Positions 8,601 through 17,118 of a DNA stretch of 64,000 bases are shown here, piece after piece. Source of the DNA: a virus; the IMG/VR virus record IMGVR_UViG_3300030518_000006, positions 1-64,000 of that record. One strand, written 5' to 3'. Both the position numbers and the translations under genes were made by a program. Each line of letters opens with the position of its first letter. Within the stretch, counting starts at the first letter, position 1. A model generated the notes under the pieces. It saw only the letters and a list, made by a program, of their open reading frames with translations, was not told the DNA's origin and made no database searches.

Positions 8601-10490
8601 ATCTACGAGCACGGCCTCGAGTTCCTGCGGAGCATGGTGACCGATCCCTCGGGCTGTATCATTGTCGCGCACAACATGGAGTTCGAGCGGGCAATCTGGA
8701 ACTACACGCTCAAGCTCCCCGAGCCGCAGCAGTGGTACGACACCATGGACGTGACCCTCTCGCGCGGCCTGCCAGCGGGGTGCGACGAGGCAGGGAAATA
8801 CCTCCTGAAGATGGAGAAGGACCATGAGGGAAAGCGGTACATCGCGACGATCTGGGGCCCGAACAAGAAGACCGGAATCGTGCCGGCGTTGACGAGCTAT
8901 CACATCCAGCGGATCATCAACTACAACTTCCGCGATGTTGAAATCAGCCAAGGCATCGCCAGCCAGGAAGGCTATGTGATGACGCCGGACTGGGAGCAGC
9001 GCGTCTGCGACCTGCACCACAAGATCAACTTCTGGGGCATTCGGATCGACAAAGAATTCGCCAAGACCCTACGCTCGTTCGACGATGAGTTCAAAGCAGC
9101 GGCCGGCGAGCACGTGGAAGAGCTGACCGGCGGATCAATTACCCGGAGCGATCTGACCCGGAGCGAGTTCATCATGGAGCAACTGAACGCGAATCTACCG
9201 GCTGATCTTCACCTCGATAATATGCAGGAGAAGACCCTCGAGGAGCTGGTCGAGGAATGCGAGGGGCGAGATGATGTCCCGTGGCAGCTGCAGGAGGTGA
9301 TCAAGTGCCGCATGATCGCGACCCGAGCAGCCCTGGCCAAGGTCGACAAGGCATTGGATTGCATCAGTGCCGACGGCCGGGCCAAGGCCCAGCTGCGGTA
9401 CTGGGGAGCGTCGACCGGCCGCTGGTCCGGCTATCAGGTGCAGCCGCAGAACATGAAGAAGCCCAACGAGGACTTCGACCTGCCGGCTGCGATTGCTGCG
9501 ATCGAACGCCAGGACCGGGACGCGGTCGTCGCTCTCTGCAAGGATAAGAACGGGAAGACACTACCGCCTTACGAGCTGCTCGGCAGTCTGGTCCGCGGCA
9601 TCTTGGTGCCGGAGCCTGGGAGCGTCTTCGTTGTCGGCGACTTCGCTTCGATCGAAGCCCGCGCCCTGCTCTGGCTCGCCGGTGATGAGGAGAATCTCAA
9701 CGAGTACCGGGCGAAGGACCGCGCGGATGAAGCTCACCCTGACGGCAAGGATCCGACGGTCCCTGACACCTACCAATCGCTGGCCGGGTCGATGTTCAAG
9801 GTCAATCCTGTGGAGGTCTCCAAGAAGCAGCGCGGCGGAGGTAAAATCGGCATCTTGGCCTGCGGATTCCAGGGGGGAGCGAATGCCGTGGAGCGCATGG
9901 CGCGTAGCTCCAATGTCGATCTCGAAGGCGCCGGCCTGACCCCGCAGGATGTCGTTGACGGGTATAGGGACAAACACCCGAAGGTGAGGGCCTTCTGGAC
10001 CGACTGTGAGAGTAAGTTCAAATATGTGCTCACCACGTCGAGAACGACGGTCGGCACGGTCGGACGCCTGAAGTTTGAGCGGCTCCCCGACAGGGTACTC
10101 ATCACCCTCCCCTCTGGCAGATCTCTTACCTATATGAACGCTCGTATGGAGGACCGTCGGTACAATTCGTCCTTCGGCGGTCAGGAGATCGCATATGACA
10201 ACGCCGTGCACGGGCATACGCGGCGGCGCACGACCTATGGCGGCAAGATCGTCGAGAATGTGGTGCAGGCTTTCTGCCGCGACCTGCTCGCCGATGTCAT
10301 GCTGCGGCTCGACGCGGCTGGTTGGCCGATCGCCTTTCACGTGCACGACGAAGTTGTCGGCGAGATCGTGATCCCCCGTGCCGATGAATACCTGGAGGCC
10401 ATGCAGCAGATCATGCGCACCCCTCCGGCATGGGCCGAAGGTATGCCGGTATTCTCTATTCCATGCACCATGGCCAGATACGGGAAATAA
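5613..10490 (+). CDS. polA: Primase(AEP-like)-SF3-like helicase-3'-5' exonuclease-family A DNA polymerase fusion
   Basis: VLDLDFHD and SQGGGLK (primase-like), CHSC, Walker A GETGSAKTT and Walker B ITFDD, Exo I/II/III YLDFET, AHNMEFE, YNFRD; PolA motifs GDFASIEAR, KIGILACGFQGG, HVHDE. Confidence 0.9.
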   Translation: MPVDPLQQDLPGGRVAIFHPGGKDFPDRVRLEVRDQAGPVRVLSKFNPSSKTASRDLENEFLINETLAREILATYWTWAHDVREQVAKEEAEVPTKVPLPDFPTPYYGLRQRTKHQRKDEANSYDAVNSATGFLAVLKRTGLPDDTLLEWDKDKIEFCCVLDLDFHDPEAPAKPTPDELDELGRELSPAPEAWWLSQGGGLKALYTSTPNRLFTAQEFATGAAAKLLTTFIVMKCHGTIEIDTKTRHPGAKQNGKQCGRVNLTIPDEKFDALARFSAAEATEVEVTDFLEDQGLTIGEMLGHDMCLIDPKHPSKSNPVYVGKDGLFCHSCAGRFGRGFMSWGYVRRYFGLGNAGDRSLSPIGEAVKFFTHVSHVDYLFKQLLPVLPEALRRTLYRTLLKSTHQRDPRISVAMGDFFFVRGLGTWLHADTLLPVGRPLNSTDVSILPSCLRFNPYDAEKPLSVSSAAVASHTNNGRIHGWVPIQPYIFEPIFFKHNEAAAVQDVVRCYPRVRTTRDRVTYTNPKERLSLEECERRIEEYFPGVNLTYIKALIIAAGCAESGKGAIPMLWATGETGSAKTTTITIVQEMYGESYANLSEVEDDDRLVQLFGESLESTRLITFDDFAKEASSHKRFHTFLIRLNRHGHSYHKLFVGKQTPPVNSAVILTDWSIPRFFAVDPQFGRRVHLITLESRIKVSWEKIGHFVEGWWKKTPELTAAANGLHSWVVDEFFPAEDEETFSNKMERLDIFPLEDEVAVGEGQVAMQELIVQLVNAIATTPPYDEVASMQRRIGKGIRHINWRKGSVGTLCTTLVDSLGKVDRDEEKIYNVENLKHVLDPFQLKLAALFDVRSDVSSIAFDLKVWGSAAFIRLVEAGKSFRAKDRRINEELFRDWPPKPTIDVPAVVTTEPMATLPGLPAAPPIPTVEGEVVSDDVVILDPFVVYLDFETQSECNIKQFGSTVYAQHPSTKVMCAALSVAGTRIFWTEIPYDLKLPDGVIYEHGLEFLRSMVTDPSGCIIVAHNMEFERAIWNYTLKLPEPQQWYDTMDVTLSRGLPAGCDEAGKYLLKMEKDHEGKRYIATIWGPNKKTGIVPALTSYHIQRIINYNFRDVEISQGIASQEGYVMTPDWEQRVCDLHHKINFWGIRIDKEFAKTLRSFDDEFKAAAGEHVEELTGGSITRSDLTRSEFIMEQLNANLPADLHLDNMQEKTLEELVEECEGRDDVPWQLQEVIKCRMIATRAALAKVDKALDCISADGRAKAQLRYWGASTGRWSGYQVQPQNMKKPNEDFDLPAAIAAIERQDRDAVVALCKDKNGKTLPPYELLGSLVRGILVPEPGSVFVVGDFASIEARALLWLAGDEENLNEYRAKDRADEAHPDGKDPTVPDTYQSLAGSMFKVNPVEVSKKQRGGGKIGILACGFQGGANAVERMARSSNVDLEGAGLTPQDVVDGYRDKHPKVRAFWTDCESKFKYVLTTSRTTVGTVGRLKFERLPDRVLITLPSGRSLTYMNARMEDRRYNSSFGGQEIAYDNAVHGHTRRRTTYGGKIVENVVQAFCRDLLADVMLRLDAAGWPIAFHVHDEVVGEIVIPRADEYLEAMQQIMRTPPAWAEGMPVFSIPCTMARYGK

Positions 10491-10493
10491 TTT

Positions 10494-10847
10494 ATGACCT
10501 CCCCCACCCACCTCATCTTCACCCCACCCCAACTCGTCCTCCTCGGCCTGGAGCACGACCCCAACGCCCAGAACGAGACGACCCCCTACCCATACGTCTT
10601 CGACCGGGCGAACGGCGTCGGCCTGTTCTTCGATCCGCTGCACGACATGGCGTCCTTCAGGATGTTGGAGCGGGCGCTGACCCGGAAGGGTTGGCAGGTC
10701 ACGATATTCTCGCACCCAGATGCAGCGGTACCCTTTGTCGCCGTCAGCTTCAGTGAATCGAGCTATGGCCCGGGAACCACGCCGATCAGGTCCCCCGACC
10801 TCATCACCGCCTACGTTGCCGCCGCCTTCGCCCTTGTCTCTCCATAG
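10494..10847 (+). CDS. Hypothetical protein
   Basis: ORF directly after the polymerase. Confidence 0.65.
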   Translation: MTSPTHLIFTPPQLVLLGLEHDPNAQNETTPYPYVFDRANGVGLFFDPLHDMASFRMLERALTRKGWQVTIFSHPDAAVPFVAVSFSESSYGPGTTPIRSPDLITAYVAAAFALVSP

Positions 10848-10861
10848 CACCTCCATAGCAT
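10834..10861 (+). promoter_or_regulatory. Sigma70-like promoter with tandem CTCCATAG boxes
   Basis: TTGTCT-16 nt-TAGCAT; CTCCATAG twice at 11-bp period (10840, 10851). Confidence 0.6.
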
Positions 10862-10881
10862 CGCGACCACGGGAGCGAATC

Positions 10882-11079
10882 ATGGCTGTTGAAGATTTCC
10901 AGGAGGTCAGAGCTGAATCGACGCACTGGTACCGGTGCAAGAACCCGGCCTGCCGGCGTTGGCTCAACATTCTCCTGATGCTCGGCGAGGAAGGCCCCCT
11001 CAACAGGGAGTCCCACGCATCCCAGATGAATCTGCACCTGATGTTCTGCCCGATGTGCGGGTACAAGCACGGAGAATGA
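10882..11079 (+). CDS. Small zinc-ribbon protein
   Basis: GGGAG RBS; CKNPAC ... CPMCG. Confidence 0.65.
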   Translation: MAVEDFQEVRAESTHWYRCKNPACRRWLNILLMLGEEGPLNRESHASQMNLHLMFCPMCGYKHGE

Positions 11080-11080
11080 C

Positions 11081-11356
11081 ATGCCCCTCTTCCGCAAAAA
11101 GCCCGTCACCATCGAAGCCCGTCAGCTGGTTGCAGGCATCGACCTCCCCGGCATGGACGCCTTGGTTGGGTGGATCAATGCAGATGGCCAGCCGGGCCAG
11201 TCCCGCGCCTACCACGCAGGCGCCACCCCGATCTACATCCGCACCCTTGAAGGGATGATGCGCGCGGAGAGCGGCGACTGGATCATCAAAGGGATCAAAG
11301 GCGAATTTTACCCATGCAAAAATGACATTTTCCTCGCGACCTACGAGGCAGTCTGA
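11081..11356 (+). CDS. Conserved phage protein (PGDYG-like family)
   Basis: RKKPVTIEA...IRTLEG.MRA..GDWIIKGIKGEFYPCK.DIF..TYE. Confidence 0.85.
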   Translation: MPLFRKKPVTIEARQLVAGIDLPGMDALVGWINADGQPGQSRAYHAGATPIYIRTLEGMMRAESGDWIIKGIKGEFYPCKNDIFLATYEAV

Positions 11357-11358
11357 CC

Positions 11359-11733
11359 ATGGCTACACCCGCCATCCTCGACCTCCGTGCCGCAGGCGCC
11401 CCTATCACCCCGCCCCTCGGCTGCCTCACCTGGCTCGGCATGAACGGCCACCAGCACTGGAAGCCTGGTACTCCCGAGTGGCGCGCAGCCTTCGGTGCCG
11501 ACAATCGCTTCCAACCCAAGGACCGGGTCAAGGCGATCCGGATCGCCTTGACCCGCGTCTATGAAGGTCAGGAGTTCATCGTCACGGGGTACCATATCAT
11601 CAACTATGACCACCCATCCTCAGGTCGCATGGTCGAATGCTACCCGGCAGACGATAAGCACCAATCCTATCGCCTTATCATGGAAGCCGATCTCGAACTG
11701 GTTCCCATGCCGCAGGAGCGTCCTCGTGCCTGA
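11359..11733 (+). CDS. Hypothetical protein
   Basis: GAGG RBS, operon continuity. Confidence 0.65.
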   Translation: MATPAILDLRAAGAPITPPLGCLTWLGMNGHQHWKPGTPEWRAAFGADNRFQPKDRVKAIRIALTRVYEGQEFIVTGYHIINYDHPSSGRMVECYPADDKHQSYRLIMEADLELVPMPQERPRA

Positions 11734-12148
11734 CCCCCTCCCCGCCTCCCTGCTGCGCGTCCGCGATACCGAGGAGAACCGCGCCAGCACGTTCTGGCGC
11801 CTCTACATCGGCTTCTCGGCCCGCTTGATCCAGATCGAGGGTGACGGCCTGTGGTCGATCGCAATCGAGGAGCCGGCTGGCTCTGGCTGGGTGAGCTCCC
11901 TGACCGGTATGGTGGTGCTGGCCCCAGAGGCCCCTCCGGCCCGTGCTGCGGTCGGCACGGAGCCCGCCGAGATCTGGACCGCCAAGGCGCTGCCGGCACG
12001 CTACAACCCGGTGACCGCGGTGAATCCCGCCCGCGTTGAGGTGCTTGCGGGGCCACCTGCGCTGCCCGACCTGCGCGAGGAGCTGGCCACCCCCCTGACC
12101 TTCTGGCAGCGCCTGTGCTGGTTGTTCGCCGGATCGCGAGGAGGATGA
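11726..12148 (+). CDS. Hypothetical protein
   Basis: GTG start at 11726 after AGGAG; ends LTFWQRLCWLF. Confidence 0.6.
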   Translation: MPDPLPASLLRVRDTEENRASTFWRLYIGFSARLIQIEGDGLWSIAIEEPAGSGWVSSLTGMVVLAPEAPPARAAVGTEPAEIWTAKALPARYNPVTAVNPARVEVLAGPPALPDLREELATPLTFWQRLCWLFAGSRGG

Positions 12149-12149
12149 T

Positions 12150-12377
12150 ATGCCGCAGCTTGTTCGCACCCAGATCGTGACCGGCCGGACGGGGGATGCA
12201 GAAATCATCATCCTGATTGCGTTCGACCCCGCGCGCGTGGCAGTCGTTGAGGCGGTGCCGAATTCTAATCGGTGCCACCTCAGCCTGGACACCGGGGAGG
12301 AGTGCGTCGAGTGCGAGTCGGTCGAATCCTTCGACGTCATCGTCACCAAGATCAATGCCGCCCGCAAGGACACCTGA
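12150..12377 (+). CDS. Small hypothetical protein (FlbD-like pattern possible)
   Basis: GGAGGA RBS; AFDPARV..VE....C.L.L..GE...CES.E. Confidence 0.6.
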   Translation: MPQLVRTQIVTGRTGDAEIIILIAFDPARVAVVEAVPNSNRCHLSLDTGEECVECESVESFDVIVTKINAARKDT

Positions 12378-12437
12378 CTCAGGTTCGACGCCCTTCGTGC
12401 CCGCCTCTTCCCCTCGTCCGACAAGGATTCTACCGCC

Positions 12438-13166
12438 ATGCCCGCTAAATTCGTCTACCTCTCCGACGAGCACTATGGTGACACGGACGCGCTGACCATC
12501 CTCTCCCCGAAGCAGTTCGACCTCGTGCTTGCCGAGGGGTGGGAGATCATCAAGCGGGGCAAGAAGACCGTCACCGGGCCGACCGGCAAGAAGGTCACCG
12601 TCGACTACCTGGAGCTCGCCAAGAAGAGCGAGGAGCGCGCTGTCGCCCGGGTCCGCCGCGACGACGATGATGTGGAAGATCTCGAGCACAACGAACCCCG
12701 CGGCCTCAGCCGGGTCGACAGCGACCGCTCCCTGACCGCCCCCGACGACTCGTACCTCGGCCCCGGTGGCAGTCGCGGCCTGTCGCACCTGGCGTCGCTC
12801 GACCCGAACATCCGTGTCGCCCCGTCCCTCTCCGGGGACTTCGCCTTCGGTCAGGGCGTGGACGCCGCGAAGCTCGGGCAGCCGATCACGGCCTGCAAGT
12901 TCAAGCGCGGCACCAAGCCCTACGAGGAGTGGATGAAGGGGTACAACAAGGCGATGATCGAAGATGGCAAGGGCGCGGACGAAGCCGCGTTGAAGGACGC
13001 CTACCGCCTGGGCAAGAAGGCCGCCCAGAACCCCGACAAGGACGCCGAGGTGACCTGCTCGTTTCCTCCGGGCACCATGCTCTACAACGAGTGGCTCAAG
13101 GGCTTCACTGAGAACGGCGGGGATCACATCGAGGAAGAGGCGAATCCGGATGGGGGTGCGGTATGA
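12438..13166 (+). CDS. Protein with two C-terminal ribosome-modulation-factor (Rmf/CrpP)-like repeats
   Basis: AFGQGVDAAKLG...ACKF..GT..YEEWMKGY and AYRLGKKAA...CSF..GT.LYNEWLKGF. Confidence 0.65.
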   Translation: MPAKFVYLSDEHYGDTDALTILSPKQFDLVLAEGWEIIKRGKKTVTGPTGKKVTVDYLELAKKSEERAVARVRRDDDDVEDLEHNEPRGLSRVDSDRSLTAPDDSYLGPGGSRGLSHLASLDPNIRVAPSLSGDFAFGQGVDAAKLGQPITACKFKRGTKPYEEWMKGYNKAMIEDGKGADEAALKDAYRLGKKAAQNPDKDAEVTCSFPPGTMLYNEWLKGFTENGGDHIEEEANPDGGAV

Positions 13167-13513
13167 CGATGATCGAGTTGCCGCGGATTTGCGTCCGCGT
13201 AGGAAAAGATCGCATCCTGGAGCGTGCGTCAGGAGTTCCTGACCGTATTACGGTTGCAGTCACTGCGATCCAAGGGGTGCAGCGAAAGATGGTGCACCGC
13301 ATCGGAGTGGAACTGACGGGTGACTCTACGCGGGCCCGGGATTTCAATAATGACCACCCGAGCCTGGAAGCCCGCTCCCAGATCCTGCTCGCCGACGGCA
13401 AGTGGTACGGCATCGACCTCGACTACCACATGCTGATCGTCCTGATCGCGAGCCATACCAAGGTTGATCCCAGCGCGATGGGGGCCGTGTTTCAGCAGGT
13501 TCGGTCGCCATGA
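13163..13513 (+). CDS. Hypothetical protein
   Basis: ATGA-coupled at both ends. Confidence 0.65.
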   Translation: MTMIELPRICVRVGKDRILERASGVPDRITVAVTAIQGVQRKMVHRIGVELTGDSTRARDFNNDHPSLEARSQILLADGKWYGIDLDYHMLIVLIASHTKVDPSAMGAVFQQVRSP

Positions 13514-13797
13514 CCCTCCTCATCACCCAGAACCAGGTCCGGGCCAAGTACCGCCACGTCCCGTGTCCGTGCACGCGGCGGCACCATCTGCTGTATTCGG
13601 CATACAAGCGAGTGGTCGCGTATCGCGGCCGCGACCTGCGGCGGGTCAACCTGCGACACTATGCCCCGGATCGGCCGCCGCTGCACGAGGGCACCACCCT
13701 TAATTTCTGGCCGCTGTGTCCGACCAGGAGCGGGCAGTACCACAAGATTCTGACGGACTGGGCCGAGCCAACGATTACCCGTGGAGTGTCCGCATGA
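13510..13797 (+). CDS. Hypothetical basic protein
   Basis: ATGA-coupled at both ends. Confidence 0.55.
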   Translation: MTLLITQNQVRAKYRHVPCPCTRRHHLLYSAYKRVVAYRGRDLRRVNLRHYAPDRPPLHEGTTLNFWPLCPTRSGQYHKILTDWAEPTITRGVSA

Positions 13798-14459
13798 CCA
13801 CCACGCTTCCCGCGCTTCCCACCAAGCCCGCCGAGCTGATCACCACGGTCGAGAACCAGCTCTCGGTGCATCTGCCCTATGAGCGCCAAGCCAAGATCGT
13901 CCTGGACCCAGCGGTCGAGCGGATCGTGGCCTACGCCGAGCAGCGGATGGGCGACTTGCCCCCGATCACCAACCAGCCGACCGCTGACGGCGTACGCGCC
14001 ATGGCCGCGGAGGCGAAGAAGGACTACAACGCGATCGAGGCCGCGCGGGAGTTCATCAAGGCCCCCTTCCTCGATATCTGCCGCCAGATCGACAAGGCGG
14101 CGGCTGCCCCCAAGGAGCGCCTGCAGGCGATCATCGACGAGTGCAAGAACCAGACCCGGGATTGGATTGCCGCAGAGGAGGCCCGGCGGGTCAGGGAGGA
14201 GCAACAGCGCCGTGCTGCCGAGGTGGTCGCCACGAAAGCCAGCTCCCGGCCGACTCCGGCGATCATCGCACCGGTTCTGCACGAAACGATCGATGCCGCG
14301 CTGACCACGCGCAGCGACGTGGAGATCACGAATTACGAAGACATCCCGGCCGAGTACTGGATCGTCGACATGACCAGGCTGCGATATGACATGCTCACCC
14401 TCAAGAAGCCGGTGCCCGGCGCGCGGGTGGTGACAGGGCAGGATGTGGTGGCGCGATGA
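13794..14459 (+). CDS. Phage coiled-coil protein (DUF1351/Gp157-like)
   Basis: IEAAREFIKAPFL...RQID; C-terminal EI...EDIPAEYW..D......PVPGAR. Confidence 0.65.
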   Translation: MTTTLPALPTKPAELITTVENQLSVHLPYERQAKIVLDPAVERIVAYAEQRMGDLPPITNQPTADGVRAMAAEAKKDYNAIEAAREFIKAPFLDICRQIDKAAAAPKERLQAIIDECKNQTRDWIAAEEARRVREEQQRRAAEVVATKASSRPTPAIIAPVLHETIDAALTTRSDVEITNYEDIPAEYWIVDMTRLRYDMLTLKKPVPGARVVTGQDVVAR

Positions 14460-14746
14460 GCTGGCCCGTTGGAACGCTCGTGGTGTGCATCAATGACGCT
14501 CACGATCCATCCCGTATCATAACAGGAGTCCTCTCCCGGGGGGAGTTACTATGTCATACGCAGATATATTGGCGCAGTTATGACTTTTTCGGGCACTCGG
14601 GCGGATGGTGTTCTTCTCCAAGAGATTCGCTCCAAGCCGTCTCCCCTCGGCGGCGAATGGTGCTTCGCAGCGAAGGCATTCCGCATCGCCGAGACGTCTA
14701 TTCGCGAGGTGGTCACAGAATCCATGAAGAAACCGGTGCACCATGA
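14456..14746 (+). CDS. Hypothetical protein (lower GC, probably acquired)
   Basis: ATGA-coupled at both ends; VGTLVVCIND start. Confidence 0.5.
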   Translation: MSWPVGTLVVCINDAHDPSRIITGVLSRGELLCHTQIYWRSYDFFGHSGGWCSSPRDSLQAVSPRRRMVLRSEGIPHRRDVYSRGGHRIHEETGAP

Positions 14747-15045
14747 CTGAACCCACCGAAGATGCCATCGCCCGTGTCCTGGCAGCCCGCCGGCGGTTCG
14801 ATACCGCACAGCAGCGCGCGGTCGAGCGCTCGGCGGCGGTCCGTGTGCTGAGCGAGCGCATCCCCGTGCTGAGCCCCGAGCTCGGGGAACTCGACCTGCT
14901 CCGGCACAAGTCATCGCTCGCCAAGCAGCGTGAGCTGGCCGAGGATTTCATGGAGGCGGCAGCCGCGTTGCGGCAGCTGTCCGACCTGAGCGAGCCGATT
15001 GTGGACGACCTGCTGGTAGAGGCGCGGAAGATTGGGCGGCCATGA
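14743..15045 (+). CDS. Hypothetical helical protein
   Basis: ATGA-coupled. Confidence 0.65.
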   Translation: MTEPTEDAIARVLAARRRFDTAQQRAVERSAAVRVLSERIPVLSPELGELDLLRHKSSLAKQRELAEDFMEAAAALRQLSDLSEPIVDDLLVEARKIGRP

Positions 15046-15305
15046 AGAAGACCGTCAAGAAACCCCCACACGACCCAGCCTGGTGCGCCCATCCCGGCAT
15101 GCCCTGCACGCACCGGCGCGAGGAGATGATGGGGGATGGCACACTATGCATGGCTCACGCCGCGGAGCGGCAGATCGCGGTCATCGAGCATGGCGTGCTC
15201 ATCGACCCGCACGACTCCGTCCGGGCCCTCCTGTGGAAGATCAAGGAGCTGGAGAACCAGCTCGATGATGTCCGCGGGGAACTGCGCGATCGGGATGACC
15301 GATGA
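15042..15305 (+). CDS. Hypothetical protein
   Basis: ATGA-coupled; Cys/His N-half, coiled-coil C-half. Confidence 0.6.
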   Translation: MKKTVKKPPHDPAWCAHPGMPCTHRREEMMGDGTLCMAHAAERQIAVIEHGVLIDPHDSVRALLWKIKELENQLDDVRGELRDRDDR

Positions 15306-15589
15306 GCACCAGCTGCCAGGCGTGTGGGGCCGTTAAAGACAGGAGCTGCAAAGAGGTTTATCCCTTTCCTGTGGACCACCTTATCGACACGCCCATTGAC
15401 CCGCTATGTGAGCTGGATTGTCAAGGAGGCCCGCTCAACGATGGGTCTGGGTACTGTGATTTCCGCCGGGTCACAGTCTGTCATGCATGCTTCCACAAGC
15501 TCAGCCCCGACATGTGGATTAGCCAAAGCTGCTGGGAGTCGCTGTCACCGGTAGTCCCGTTCAAAGACTTACCTGAGCTGCCACCATGA
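15302..15589 (+). CDS. Cys-rich hypothetical protein
   Basis: CQAC, CHAC and other Cys; ATGA-coupled. Confidence 0.6.
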   Translation: MSTSCQACGAVKDRSCKEVYPFPVDHLIDTPIDPLCELDCQGGPLNDGSGYCDFRRVTVCHACFHKLSPDMWISQSCWESLSPVVPFKDLPELPP

Positions 15590-15933
15590 GCATCATCGTC
15601 CTGGCCAAGCGCCCCGACCCCGGCACCTCGCGCCAGCGGTGGCTCTACCTTGTCCGCTCGGACCAGGGCGACACCTCCTGGCACCTGCGCTCGGTGGACT
15701 TCCTCGGGCCGCCCGGGACGCTCTCGATGGACGCCGCTATGGCGTCGTCGACCCTCATCCGCGCCGGCACCATTCCCACCCTCCTGCACGGCCTCGTGGA
15801 TGAGATGGCCGACTGGGGCGCGTCCGATGATGAGATCATCCCGCTGGCGGATGTCATCCCGCAGCTCCACGACTGGATGGAGGAGGTCAGGCAGGCCCTG
15901 GTGGAGATCGTCCAGGACCGCGAGGTCATCTGA
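15586..15933 (+). CDS. Hypothetical protein
   Basis: Coupled at both ends. Confidence 0.65.
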   Translation: MSIIVLAKRPDPGTSRQRWLYLVRSDQGDTSWHLRSVDFLGPPGTLSMDAAMASSTLIRAGTIPTLLHGLVDEMADWGASDDEIIPLADVIPQLHDWMEEVRQALVEIVQDREVI

Positions 15934-16130
15934 TGCCGCCCTTCTCCAAGCGCTCCCTCTCGGTGCTCGCTTACGCCCACGCACACTCACCCTTTACCAC
16001 CGCCGAGCTGCGCGCGGTGATGCCGGCCTTGAGTGCTCACCAGGCGAGCCGACTGCTGGCAAACCTAGTGCTGGCCGGTAGAATCGTCAAGACGGGCCCG
16101 GCAACCTGGCGCCTCACGGGGGAGGTCTGA
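15933..16130 (+). CDS. Small winged-helix DNA-binding protein
   Basis: FTTAELR..MP.LS...ASRLLANLV.AGRIVKTG...W.L. Confidence 0.65.
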   Translation: MPPFSKRSLSVLAYAHAHSPFTTAELRAVMPALSAHQASRLLANLVLAGRIVKTGPATWRLTGEV

Positions 16131-16753
16131 TGATCGCTCGCTGCCTGGCCTGGTACCTGTGCCTGGTCGCCATGCTCGCCGGCACCGTGGCTGATGCCGA
16201 CCCCTCGGTCGGGTTCCAGGTGATCCCCCCGGAGCCATGGCCGGCGCCTCTCGAGAGTGGGTCTCAGGACGATGTATACCTACCTGACACCGGCATACCT
16301 CCGGCACCCATAAGGCCAGAATGGGTGACAGTAATGGCGCTGATCACCGCCTATCAACCAGATCACGATTGTGCAGTAAATGAGATGGGAACCCCAAGTC
16401 ATCTCACCGCGACCCGCTGCTCGACCGACACCCATCCCTACGGCATAGCAGCCGATCCAAGTCTTTTGCCATACGGTACTAGCATCATAGTTCCCGACTA
16501 CCTCGACCACCGCTACCCTGACCGGGCCTGGCAGGTGGACGACACCGGCGGCGCGCTCAGACAGAGCACAAAAGGACATGGAATTGTCCATCTCGATCTC
16601 CGCTATCGCACCCTCTGGAGTGCGCTCAAGCACGGAAAATGCTGGTCCGAAATCTGGGTCGATATCACCGGCTGGCCCGCGGAGCGCGTAGCCCGCTTGC
16701 GCAGGGCCGCCCAGGCCGGCGAGCGTCTTAGGCGCCGCGGGGTGATGCCGTGA
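16130..16753 (+). CDS. 3D-domain (MltA-like) lytic transglycosylase with N-terminal signal/anchor
   Basis: ITAY, GIAADP..LPYGT, VDDTGG, HLDL: three-Asp signature; hydrophobic N-terminus. Confidence 0.85.
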   Translation: MIARCLAWYLCLVAMLAGTVADADPSVGFQVIPPEPWPAPLESGSQDDVYLPDTGIPPAPIRPEWVTVMALITAYQPDHDCAVNEMGTPSHLTATRCSTDTHPYGIAADPSLLPYGTSIIVPDYLDHRYPDRAWQVDDTGGALRQSTKGHGIVHLDLRYRTLWSALKHGKCWSEIWVDITGWPAERVARLRRAAQAGERLRRRGVMP

Positions 16754-17118
16754 CTGAACCAACCATTACCGATTATCGGAAGGCATGCGCCAGCTTACTT
16801 GGGACTCTATTTGGGCACACCTTGGGGGTTCACCGCGCGTCCCCGAATGTGAAGGATTTGGTCCGGGCGCATATGACCCTCATAGTCAATACACTGGCTG
16901 CCGGCGCTCAGTTTCATCCGGGGGTCACCGAGGAGCTACTCACGATCATGGACACCCTGCTCGGCGGTATCGACATCCACCTGGAGGAAATAAATCGTAC
17001 GCTTGATAGAGTAAAGACCGAGACCGATCTGCGGGAAGTCGCTAACCTGGGTATACAGGCCGGGAAGCGATCGGTAAAGCGCTTGCGCGATCGGCGTGAG
17101 AAGGAAAGTGGATCGTGA
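16750..17118 (+). CDS. Hypothetical protein
   Basis: GTGA-coupled at both ends. Confidence 0.6.
   Translation: MTEPTITDYRKACASLLGTLFGHTLGVHRASPNVKDLVRAHMTLIVNTLAAGAQFHPGVTEELLTIMDTLLGGIDIHLEEINRTLDRVKTETDLREVANLGIQAGKRSVKRLRDRREKESGS

Noticed and set aside
5937-11066. Long antisense ORFs opposite the polymerase (also 11667-13127, 17607-18875, 28963-30201, 41641-42969, 60924-62903)
   Set aside because: Typical shadow ORFs of GC3-rich genes; no motifs or RBS, and they fully overlap well-supported genes
14401-14746. Third example of gene-end duplication (aagaagccggtgc vs aagaaaccggtgc)
   Set aside because: Only 12/13 nt and not aligned to the stop codon; could be chance
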